19,009 bases of DNA from Candidatus Helarchaeota archaeon (GTDB taxonomy: Archaea > Asgardarchaeota > Lokiarchaeia > Helarchaeales > RDOG01). A model generated the notes under the pieces. It was not told the origin of the DNA. It did not search any database and was given only the letters and a program-made list of their open reading frames with translations. Of this stretch, positions 7,691-15,320 are shown one piece after another (position 1 is the first letter of the stretch; each line of letters starts with the position of its first letter). Made by a program: the position numbers and the translations under genes. Location of the stretch: contig JALGVI010000058.1 in NCBI GenBank assembly GCA_029838215.1, forward strand, positions 1 to 19,009, given 5' to 3'.

Positions 7691-8077
7691 ATGTCCGACA
7701 AAAAAGACCCAACCAATGACGACGTGGAAGAACTTGTCTACCAAATCTCCGAAAGACTGGTCGACGATCAAGTTGCCGATCTTTCTGAAGATATTAAGGG
7801 AGAAATCGAAGAACTCCTCATCTTGAGTTTTCACCCCGATACAGACATTCATGCTCTGGATCAAACATTACGAGAACGCGTCGAAAGAATTCGAGAAGTC
7901 ATTACTGATTTTAAAGAAGACATTAAAAAATCAATAAAAAATGAAATATTGGACGATCTCCGAAAGAATAAATCCAAAAAAGGACCTGCAAGACAACGAA
8001 AACGCGTTATTCTGGGTCCTGTTGAAAAACCAATGAGAAAAAAACCAAAGAAAAAGAAAAAACCTTCCCAAGAATGA
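7691..8077 (+). CDS. Hypothetical helical protein with an acidic N-terminal half and a Lys/Arg-rich tail
   Basis: 128-aa ORF with a GAGGT SD-like motif and protein-like composition. No family recognised. Confidence 0.7.
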   Translation: MSDKKDPTNDDVEELVYQISERLVDDQVADLSEDIKGEIEELLILSFHPDTDIHALDQTLRERVERIREVITDFKEDIKKSIKNEILDDLRKNKSKKGPARQRKRVILGPVEKPMRKKPKKKKKPSQE

Positions 8078-8352
8078 ATGCTTCAATGCCAATCTCAGCA
8101 TCCATTCAAAAAAAGCATCTAGCAAAAAATCATCGAACTTACTTGCAAACCACTTCATTATAATAAAAAGAATTCAACTTCTATTATGCAAAATTCAACT
8201 CAAATCGATCTTCGTTTTTACTTCAAGATCTTTTACATGAAAAGTTTCTGAGTGGCTACCACAAAATTCTTAATTCTGCCATTCTTTGAGTGTTTTGAGT
8301 CGTTTACACGTTAGTTTAAAGGATTTAAGAACTTGACAAACCAAGGATCCAA

Positions 8353-8360
8353 TTTATATT
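8353..8360 (+). promoter_or_regulatory. TATA-box candidate for a small RNA starting near 8384
   Basis: TTTATATT lies at -31..-24 relative to the first G of the hairpin, which is normal archaeal spacing. The AT-rich background limits confidence. Confidence 0.35.
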
Positions 8361-8383
8361 CTTAAACTACGTAATAACATTAA

Positions 8384-8486
8384 GGATTTAGGTTCACCCA
8401 TTGAGGAATTCTTTAAGGACTTTGCCATATTCATCCCTCAAATAAATATCCTTTTTCTTCAATGACACCTAAATCCATTTTTTTTT
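8384..8486 (+). ncRNA. Candidate structured small RNA: 93-nt end-to-end hairpin followed by T9
   Basis: GGATTTAGGT (8384-8393) pairs with ACCTAAATCC (8467-8476). CATTGAGGAA (8399-8408) pairs with TTCTTCAATG (8455-8464) with one G-U. AAGGA (8415-8419) pairs with TCCTT (8449-8453). A T-run follows at 8478-8486. No family recognised. Confidence 0.45.
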
Positions 8487-8847
8487 GCAAGATTTTTTTC
8501 TAGATCAACACAAACATGTAATGATTTGATTAATTTTTCACGACTTCAAAATTTTAATTTTTTTTCATCGCAATTCACAACTTATTAGTTAAAAAACAAG
8601 TCTAATTGAGAAATCCATGATTCGCATGAAGAATTCCTCCGAATCTCAATTCAGTTTAATTTGGTGGATTTTTCTGAGATTGATGAAAAGATGAGCGTTT
8701 TTTTTAACTTCTTCCAAAATATGCATCATATATGAAGAATCATTTTTCGCATCAATGGTTTTTTCATATTTCTTGCCTGAAAACTCAACTTTTTAGGATA
8801 AATAAAATTTAAATTAATAAAAGTGAAAAAGTTTTCATTAAATTGAC

Positions 8848-9516
8848 ATGAGGCAAAAAATAATGGAACTATTCGAAGCATTTCCTGATGGCGAGCTGCA
8901 ATTCGTCATTCAAGCGTGTTTACTTAAGGACATCATCAATGAAGAAAATCTAGATAAAGTTTTTCTCATTCTAAATCATGCTGGACGAGAAGCATGGATT
9001 TGGATTGGACCGAAAGCCCAAGTGCAAAAAAAGTTCGCATGTGCAAGAGCCGCTCGCAGAATAATTAGCGATCGTCGTCTATCCTATCGAATTAGAACTG
9101 CTGATGGATACGGAGACGAGCCGAAAGAATTCAAATCTCTTTTAGATTGTTCACTTCGGACCGCAATGAGAAAGGAGGGACCTCCATTAGAAATTCTCAA
9201 GCTTCAACGGTACCTCTTGAGAACTCCAGTTCCCGAAGGCATGAGGAGAGAAGCATGTATCATCGGGAATAAAATGTACGTTACCGTTACTAAACAAGCA
9301 ATGGGACAGGTTAGTACGGTATATGGTGAAAATGACTTCATTCCTGACGGAGTCGTAGACTTGCCGGAAAATTACCGTATCAGAATCTTCAGCAGTCACG
9401 GAACCATTCAAGCCGTCGAATTCTTAGTTCCAATAAAAAAAGAGAAAAATAGATCCACTAACCAAAAAGAATCAGCTTCTTCTAAAAAGGACAAAAACAC
9501 GAAAAAGGACAATTAA
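8848..9516 (+). CDS. Single gelsolin-domain protein with an additional C-terminal domain (Asgard 1DGelX-type architecture)
   Basis: KVFLIL..GREAWIWIGPKA...KFACARAARRI...GDEPKEFKSLL is a gelsolin repeat. It is followed by a second beta-rich domain (REACIIGNKMY...DGVVDLPENYRIRIF) and a basic tail. The start is at 8848 or 8863. Confidence 0.8.
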   Translation: MRQKIMELFEAFPDGELQFVIQACLLKDIINEENLDKVFLILNHAGREAWIWIGPKAQVQKKFACARAARRIISDRRLSYRIRTADGYGDEPKEFKSLLDCSLRTAMRKEGPPLEILKLQRYLLRTPVPEGMRREACIIGNKMYVTVTKQAMGQVSTVYGENDFIPDGVVDLPENYRIRIFSSHGTIQAVEFLVPIKKEKNRSTNQKESASSKKDKNTKKDN

Positions 9517-9625
9517 AACTCAGGAAACACGACTAAAAAACGTGAGAAAAAAACTTGGCCAAAGCCAGTATGAGTACCTCATTATTAATATATGCGAAAA
9601 AGAAATAGAAAGTTTTTACTTGTAA

Positions 9626-10222
9626 TTACTCCTCTATAAGTCCAAGTTTTCTTAGCTTCTCAACAACGACTACAACATCGTCTTCTTGAATGCCCATTAG
9701 TTCTGCAATGTCATCATACGTGCGCTTTCCATCACAATTCTTTGCAAGTTCATATTCATCTTGCGTTAAAGTCCCCATCTTCACGATCATTTTAGGTAAT
9801 TTCTTCTTTAGCTTTGGTCTCGGGACTTCAACCTCGGCAACCTTACCATTCTGGAGAATTTCGTCAATGATAGGGATGAAATCGTCAAACATCTTGATGT
9901 TCCCTGACCAATTCGTCAGATCGAACTTTTTAAGGAACTCCTCAAGTGCCTCACCCATTGCCTTCATCGCAATGTTCTTGTCATCTGATTTGTCTGCCGC
10001 AGCACTGATCATCAATCCTTCACGAAAAACCAAAACTACATTATATGCGTGCATGTCAAGAACTTTAATGACACCTTCTCCCTTGGTAACTTCTGCTGCA
10101 AAATCCTTTAATGCCGTGAGAAACCCGCTAATTAAATCTTCATTGAAATCTATACTGCCATATTTTCTTGCCATTAGACAAACTCCACTTTGGGACATGA
10201 TGACATAAGCATTATGAATCAT
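9626..10222 (-). CDS. Longin-like domain fused to a C-terminal winged HTH
   Basis: MIHNAYVIMSQSGVCLMARKY...DLISGFLTALKDFAAEV...WSGNIKMFDDFIPIIDEIL matches the longin (AP sigma/mu-N, TRAPP Bet5-like) pattern. CDGKRTYDDIAELMG...VVEKLRKLGLIE is a wHTH. Confidence 0.75.
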   Translation of the reverse strand: MIHNAYVIMSQSGVCLMARKYGSIDFNEDLISGFLTALKDFAAEVTKGEGVIKVLDMHAYNVVLVFREGLMISAAADKSDDKNIAMKAMGEALEEFLKKFDLTNWSGNIKMFDDFIPIIDEILQNGKVAEVEVPRPKLKKKLPKMIVKMGTLTQDEYELAKNCDGKRTYDDIAELMGIQEDDVVVVVEKLRKLGLIEE

Positions 10223-10324
10223 GAATCAAACCTTCCTTTTACAAATTCAATCATAATTGAAGTTTCAAGCTTCAATTTTAAAAGAATATCTTTCAACACT
10301 TAAAAAGAATTTCCAAATTTTACT

Positions 10325-11242
10325 TTATAAATTAAATTTCTTAAAGTAAGCGATATTTTTTTGGAGCTCGACTTGAAGGTGACGGGCTACGGTATTGCAT
10401 TTGGTTCGCAAGAGAAAAACAATGGGACAGTTAAGAATTTCATCGGAAAGTGTTTCGTAGTACCCCATGCCTTTTGCCAATATCAAGTCGGAGTTATTGA
10501 AGTACTTGGCAAAACCCGGCGAAATTTCATCGAGAATCACGCCCACATGGTCGGATTCGGTCGTGATTATTTCCAATCGAGGATGTTTTTTCGTCATCTC
10601 AAGTAAACCTGCGGTTTCGGCATCTTCCAGCGTGGCGTCATTTAATGCAGGGCTTCCTTTTACAGCAACGGTAACACGTGCTCCGAGTGCTAAAAGTTCT
10701 TGAATGAGGAATTTATCGAAAACAATTTCACCAGCATTATCCGTGAGATAGAGGATTTTTTGTTCCGGCTTGATATATGCATGAATTTTGGGAATATCAT
10801 CGATGACAAGGTCTTCGCTTGCTTTTTGAATGCCATTCTTCAATTTTTCTTCGAGATTCTCCACGGTGACCTGATGATCTGCGATGTTAAATTCCATGTT
10901 ATTTCCGACAATGCTCATGAGAACGGCGTGTCGAAATCGATCCAACCCGGGAGGGAATTTATCAATTTCTTTCTGAATGAGTGGCTCGAATTTTAAGGCG
11001 ATTCGGTTTGAAGCGATCTTTTCATTCAAGTAAGGATCAGGATTTCCCGAGATCTCTGCAATGATGCGATCGCGATACGTGCCTAAAACGGCAGGTATTT
11101 GATCGGATGTGAACTTTTCCTCGAATAATTTGGATAATTGTCTTGCAATTTCGAATTGTAGGTCCTCGTCAGTAGTAGCAAGTTTGGCTTGTTTAAGACC
11201 ACGGCTAAACAAACACTCGGCACATCGCAGGCTGACTTTCAT
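10325..11242 (-). CDS. DUF89/ARMT1-like metal-dependent damage-control phosphatase (PH1575-like)
   Basis: N-terminal CxxC (CAEC), DPY..K, GN, YLTDNAGEIVFD, VK..PALNDAT.EDA, LAKGMG..E and LLRTKC. Confidence 0.9.
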   Translation of the reverse strand: MKVSLRCAECLFSRGLKQAKLATTDEDLQFEIARQLSKLFEEKFTSDQIPAVLGTYRDRIIAEISGNPDPYLNEKIASNRIALKFEPLIQKEIDKFPPGLDRFRHAVLMSIVGNNMEFNIADHQVTVENLEEKLKNGIQKASEDLVIDDIPKIHAYIKPEQKILYLTDNAGEIVFDKFLIQELLALGARVTVAVKGSPALNDATLEDAETAGLLEMTKKHPRLEIITTESDHVGVILDEISPGFAKYFNNSDLILAKGMGYYETLSDEILNCPIVFLLRTKCNTVARHLQVELQKNIAYFKKFNL

Positions 11243-11266
11243 GATGAAAAAAGACTTAATTTTTAG

Positions 11267-11275
11267 AAAAAAAAA
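11267..11275 (-). terminator. Oligo-T tract directly after the tpiA stop
   Basis: An A9 run on the plus strand (T9 on the coding strand) starts 1 nt after TAA. Confidence 0.35.
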
Positions 11276-11276
11276 G

Positions 11277-11960
11277 TTATGCCTTCAAGGCGGCTTCGGC
11301 CATTCGCGTCAATACTGATTTCGGATCTTCAGCTTTAGTAAATGCGGAAGCGAGAAGCACGCCCTTTGCACCGAGGTTTAAGGCAGCAGTAACGTCTTCA
11401 GCCTTGGATACACCAGCACCACATAGTGGGATTACATCCGGTCCATTTTTCATAATGAGTTCGACGCTTTTTTCGACTTTTTGAGGTTCTGCCTTAGAGA
11501 TTGAAATACCAGTTCCAATAAGTTCAGGCAATTCGAATGCAACATACGTAGGATTTAGAGTGGCAACAGCTCCAGATATTTGAGGATTAGCTGCACACAC
11601 GCAAGTTTCGAGTTTTAATTCGTTCATTCGTCTGACCACTGCCATCACGTAGAGTAATTTAATTTTCTTTTCGGCATGGTTGATTAGGGTTCCTTTTGCT
11701 CCCGCTTGGACAAGAGCCTCAGGAAGAATATGTCCTGTATGTGATCCTGGCGTGATGGCATCAACGTGTTGAGCAAAGACTGGTATGTCACACTCTCGTG
11801 CAATACGGCGGAGATCGATTGCCTGCACGGCGACGGTAATGTTAACATCATATTGTTTTGAAACTTCTTCGCATATTTTTGCAAGGGCAAGGGCTTTATC
11901 ACCTGTGGCTTGAATATAAGTCTTGAAATTAATCAAGATAATGGGAAGTTTTGGCACCAT
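11277..11960 (-). CDS. tpiA: Triosephosphate isomerase, archaeal type
   Basis: INFKTY, GSHTG, LINHAE, ELPELIGTG (catalytic Glu), LCGAG and GVLLAS. I prefer the ATG at 11960, which has GGAGTGA 5 nt upstream, over 11984. Confidence 0.95.
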   Translation of the reverse strand: MVPKLPIILINFKTYIQATGDKALALAKICEEVSKQYDVNITVAVQAIDLRRIARECDIPVFAQHVDAITPGSHTGHILPEALVQAGAKGTLINHAEKKIKLLYVMAVVRRMNELKLETCVCAANPQISGAVATLNPTYVAFELPELIGTGISISKAEPQKVEKSVELIMKNGPDVIPLCGAGVSKAEDVTAALNLGAKGVLLASAFTKAEDPKSVLTRMAEAALKA

Positions 11961-11980
11961 TTTAATCACTCCATTTTTTA

Positions 11981-13099
11981 TCATTTAATGAATTTCACGG
12001 TATCGATGGAATTAAAAGCTTTGAAGAACTTAAGAGCTTCCGAATAAGCAATTGCCTTCAATGCCTCTCTCGTACGGGCATCCACGTCATAGATTTCATC
12101 GAAGAATTGTTTGATTGCATATTTCGAGTTTTTTCCGAATATAATGCCTTCGGGGCGGGTATCTCCCTCATCATAACCCCGTGAAATTGTCCACTCCTTT
12201 ATTTTATCAAATAGATCCGGTTCAAAAACTTTTAGGACGTCCCAAGCAATATTTTGCCAATAAGTTCCGACATTGCCTTTTCCAATCAATCCCTTTGGAA
12301 AATGTTTCGCTATCAGTTCAATCGGTGTTCCGGTAATGCCGTGTTGGGCAATTTTAACGCCATTTTCTGCCAAAGACCGCGCGATTTCAATTGTTCGAGG
12401 GATGTCGATGGATAATTGCTCGACGAGCTTACCTGAATCATCAAATATATTTCCGTGAGTAGATCCATTCGCAATTGCAAGAAAATTTGGATGAATATCT
12501 TTCTTTTTTAATTCATTTATGTAAGTAGTCGCTTCTTCCACGGTTGTTATGACTAAACCCGAATCATCTCTTTTTCCGATTTCTCCAACTTCCACTTCTA
12601 AGCCGAACTCTTTGCCCGACATGTTGTCTTTGATGAAATACGCGAGTTCTGTCGTGACTTCGATGTTTTGCTGTAATTGTTCTTTTTCTGTCAAACCATT
12701 CACGTTAAACAAAAAGGAGGCATCAATGGCAAAACTCGTGTACCCCGCGTTTATTTGCGCTTTTATTAAATCCTTGACAACGGGGACATCTTTTTCAGGA
12801 TTCTTGATCGTGAGATGATCACCATGAACGATGAAATATGGCCAGTCATTTCTTTCTGCCGCTTCATGTATGGCTTTGGAATACGTGGCAGGTGTCTGTC
12901 CGGTATATCCACCCGATAAATTACATTCAGATTTTGCAAGTTCGAAAATGACAACGGTATTAAATTTTTTTGCGGCTTCAAAAATACCATCTACTATGCC
13001 GTTAGTAATCCTGGTATTTGCTGCCAGAATGATGGATTTTGCATCTTTTAATTTTTTATATATTGTTGAACCGGGTAACGATTCAAATTTGTAACCCAT
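11981..13099 (-). CDS. fba: Class II (metal-dependent) fructose-bisphosphate aldolase
   Basis: HGDH, GYTSFAIDAS, LEVEVGEIG, LAIANGSTHG, AQHGITG and KGNVGT. It lies between PFK and TPI. Confidence 0.92.
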   Translation of the reverse strand: MGYKFESLPGSTIYKKLKDAKSIILAANTRITNGIVDGIFEAAKKFNTVVIFELAKSECNLSGGYTGQTPATYSKAIHEAAERNDWPYFIVHGDHLTIKNPEKDVPVVKDLIKAQINAGYTSFAIDASFLFNVNGLTEKEQLQQNIEVTTELAYFIKDNMSGKEFGLEVEVGEIGKRDDSGLVITTVEEATTYINELKKKDIHPNFLAIANGSTHGNIFDDSGKLVEQLSIDIPRTIEIARSLAENGVKIAQHGITGTPIELIAKHFPKGLIGKGNVGTYWQNIAWDVLKVFEPDLFDKIKEWTISRGYDEGDTRPEGIIFGKNSKYAIKQFFDEIYDVDARTREALKAIAYSEALKFFKAFNSIDTVKFIK

Positions 13100-13189
13100 G
13101 AAAAATCACCTAAATTATTTGTTCAAATCAGATTTGAATTTAAATAGATAAAAATGAAATCGTGTTGATAATCGGAAAATTTCCTGCTA

Positions 13190-14410
13190 TTAGCCTGTTA
13201 GTGTCCAGTTCCAGAATTTAGACGCATTTTTGAACCGCCATGGTTGTACATATCGGATTTTTTGTGTTGCAACAGATAAATCCTTGATCACAAACTTTGA
13301 TCCATCCATGACAACCATTTTTCCAAAGTTTTGCTCATGCATCAAATCGATCAATCTGATTCCATAATTAATGGACATGTATGAATCAAAAGCACTCGTT
13401 CTTGAGCTCCGACAAATATATCCCGTTTGAATGGACCGTGTTCGTGTTTCCAGCTTTTCAGCAATATAGTCAGCAATGATTTTTCCAATGCCTAACTTGT
13501 CAAGTCGCACGTGCCCAAATTCGTCTTTGGGAATTTCCTTGGATGTTTCTTCGACCTTTTTTTCCAGAATTTCATCCACGTATCCTTCAGCAACGCATAT
13601 GACGGCATAATGCTTACCACGTTCGAAACGATGCTTGATTATATCTACAACCGAGTCAACGTTAAAGTTTATGTGGCGATATTCTTCTAACTCGGGATAT
13701 AGATCAGGATCTTCGACTTTAGCACGGTACAATTCTGGTATTAGAATTGCATGAGCACCGCCAGCCATTCCTGATTCGAGCGCAATCCATCCGGCCCTTC
13801 TTCCCATGGTCTCCACGATCAGGATTCCACTCGTGGCTTTGGCATCAAAGATCAAGTTGCGAATGATGTTAGTCACGGTGTTGATGGCAGTATCAAAGCC
13901 AAAGCAATAATCCGTTCCCAATACGTCATTATCGATCGTCTTAGGAGCTCCAACCGTTGGAATCCCATTTTCATACAATTTATATGCTACTCCAAGAGTG
14001 TCATCGCCTCCGAGACAAGCAACGGCTTTTAAATTTAATTGTTTGATGACTTCCTTGCACTTCTCAAAAGCTCCGGGGATCTTTGAGAGATTTGTTCGAG
14101 AATTTCTGAGAATACTTCCGGATTCATATGCAATATTGCTAACGCCAATTATATTTATACCATTAATTGATGAAATGTGAGTTCTATTCGGATTGAGTGC
14201 CTCGGGAACTAATATTGAAAAATCACCATCCATTAAACCCTTATATCCATCATGGAACCCAACCACTCCAATATTTCGCTCATATGCCGCATAAGTAAAA
14301 CCCTGAATGGTAGCATTTAAACCCGGTGCAGGTCCTCCACCAGTTAAAATTCCTACATAGCCACTCAAATCAAAATTTTGTATTTTCTTTGGTAAATCTT
14401 TTATCATCAC
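13190..14410 (-). CDS. pfp: PfkA-family 6-phosphofructokinase, probably PPi-dependent
   Basis: GILTGGGPAPGLNA, GGDDT, PKTIDND and ETMGRRAGW. Asp in GGDD together with Lys in PKTIDND is the established signature of PPi use. Confidence 0.9.
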   Translation of the reverse strand: MMIKDLPKKIQNFDLSGYVGILTGGGPAPGLNATIQGFTYAAYERNIGVVGFHDGYKGLMDGDFSILVPEALNPNRTHISSINGINIIGVSNIAYESGSILRNSRTNLSKIPGAFEKCKEVIKQLNLKAVACLGGDDTLGVAYKLYENGIPTVGAPKTIDNDVLGTDYCFGFDTAINTVTNIIRNLIFDAKATSGILIVETMGRRAGWIALESGMAGGAHAILIPELYRAKVEDPDLYPELEEYRHINFNVDSVVDIIKHRFERGKHYAVICVAEGYVDEILEKKVEETSKEIPKDEFGHVRLDKLGIGKIIADYIAEKLETRTRSIQTGYICRSSRTSAFDSYMSINYGIRLIDLMHEQNFGKMVVMDGSKFVIKDLSVATQKIRYVQPWRFKNASKFWNWTLTG

Positions 14411-14582
14411 TGATCTTCTCCATCTTTTTGATACAAATTGCTACTTGACATGAATTTAGTAGAAAATTTTCGACAAGAAAAGATCGGATCTCCGTCTTTA
14501 TATCTTTTTAAGTCAAATTTTTGGAGAAATAGATCTTTAAAATCAGAATTGGTAACAAATAAATAAGATAGTTGTACGTGGA

Positions 14583-15152
14583 TTATTTTTGAACGCGACC
14601 TGCCCCTCTATATGAGATCTGGATGCGATTAGAATTCAAGGACTTGGTTTCTACACCTTCCGTGAAGATCTTGTAGTCCACTTGAAATACTTTTGACACG
14701 GAGTTAACGATTGACTTGATCGCATTGGAGAAAATAATGTTTAAAGCCTGAGCAGGATCCATCATTAAACCATTCATTTGAAGGGATTCTGTCAAAATTT
14801 TCATCTCTTCTTCTCCAAAAGTATAGGAAAAATTAAGAATTATGTCAACTGGAGAAGGACCAATGGGAAATTCGATTTTTAAATTCGAAGCATCAAAGGG
14901 AAAAACATTCGTTAACCAGAATTTAAATAAATTTGGACCCTCTTTTCGAAAAAAACCCAAATAATTGCCCAAATTACTCTTATTTTCCAACCATTTACTC
15001 CAAGCAGTTGATAATTCCTTTTCGAATGCAAAGGCGCTATCAAGGTTCATTCGGATTTCATCTTCAAATGCTTGCGTAATGCGAGAAGATTCAAGACGAT
15101 GAAACATGATTAAACGGTCTATCATAACGGCAAATCGGTGCGACATGAACAA
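14583..15152 (-). CDS. Hypothetical protein, possibly a Cys-free Bet3/V4R-fold protein
   Basis: 189-aa ORF, with a probable ATG at 15146. Its helix/strand order resembles 7074..7652. The fold is inference only. Confidence 0.65.
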   Translation of the reverse strand: MFMSHRFAVMIDRLIMFHRLESSRITQAFEDEIRMNLDSAFAFEKELSTAWSKWLENKSNLGNYLGFFRKEGPNLFKFWLTNVFPFDASNLKIEFPIGPSPVDIILNFSYTFGEEEMKILTESLQMNGLMMDPAQALNIIFSNAIKSIVNSVSKVFQVDYKIFTEGVETKSLNSNRIQISYRGAGRVQK

Positions 15153-15320
15153 CTCGTCCTATCAGTTAATGGTAAGAGATGGTCGATTCAATCTTAAATT
15201 TCTTTTTAATTTTTATCGAATCCAATTTAAGTATTTTTTCCTTGAGTCTTTCTAATCATGTTTAGATGTTAATGAAAAAATATAAATAAAAAACGGAAAG
15301 ATATAGAAATATGCCGAAGA

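Noticed and set aside
8075-8476. Selenocysteine readthrough of the TGA ending 7691..8077, with the hairpin as SECIS
   Set aside because: Readthrough adds only a short featureless peptide, there is no redox motif, and the hairpin lacks a clear AUGA/GA core.
8310-8480. Minus-strand peptide-like fragments (DIYLRDEYGKVLKEFLNG, EYKLDPWFVKFL) as a pseudogene
   Set aside because: The fragments are in different frames with several stops and match no family I can support. The hairpin explains the region better.
14478-14508. AAAAGAT-N17-ATCTTTT inverted repeat upstream of the PFK gene as a TrmB-type operator
   Set aside because: It has seven mostly A/T base pairs in AT-rich DNA and does not match the TATCAC-N5-GTGATA glycolytic motif.
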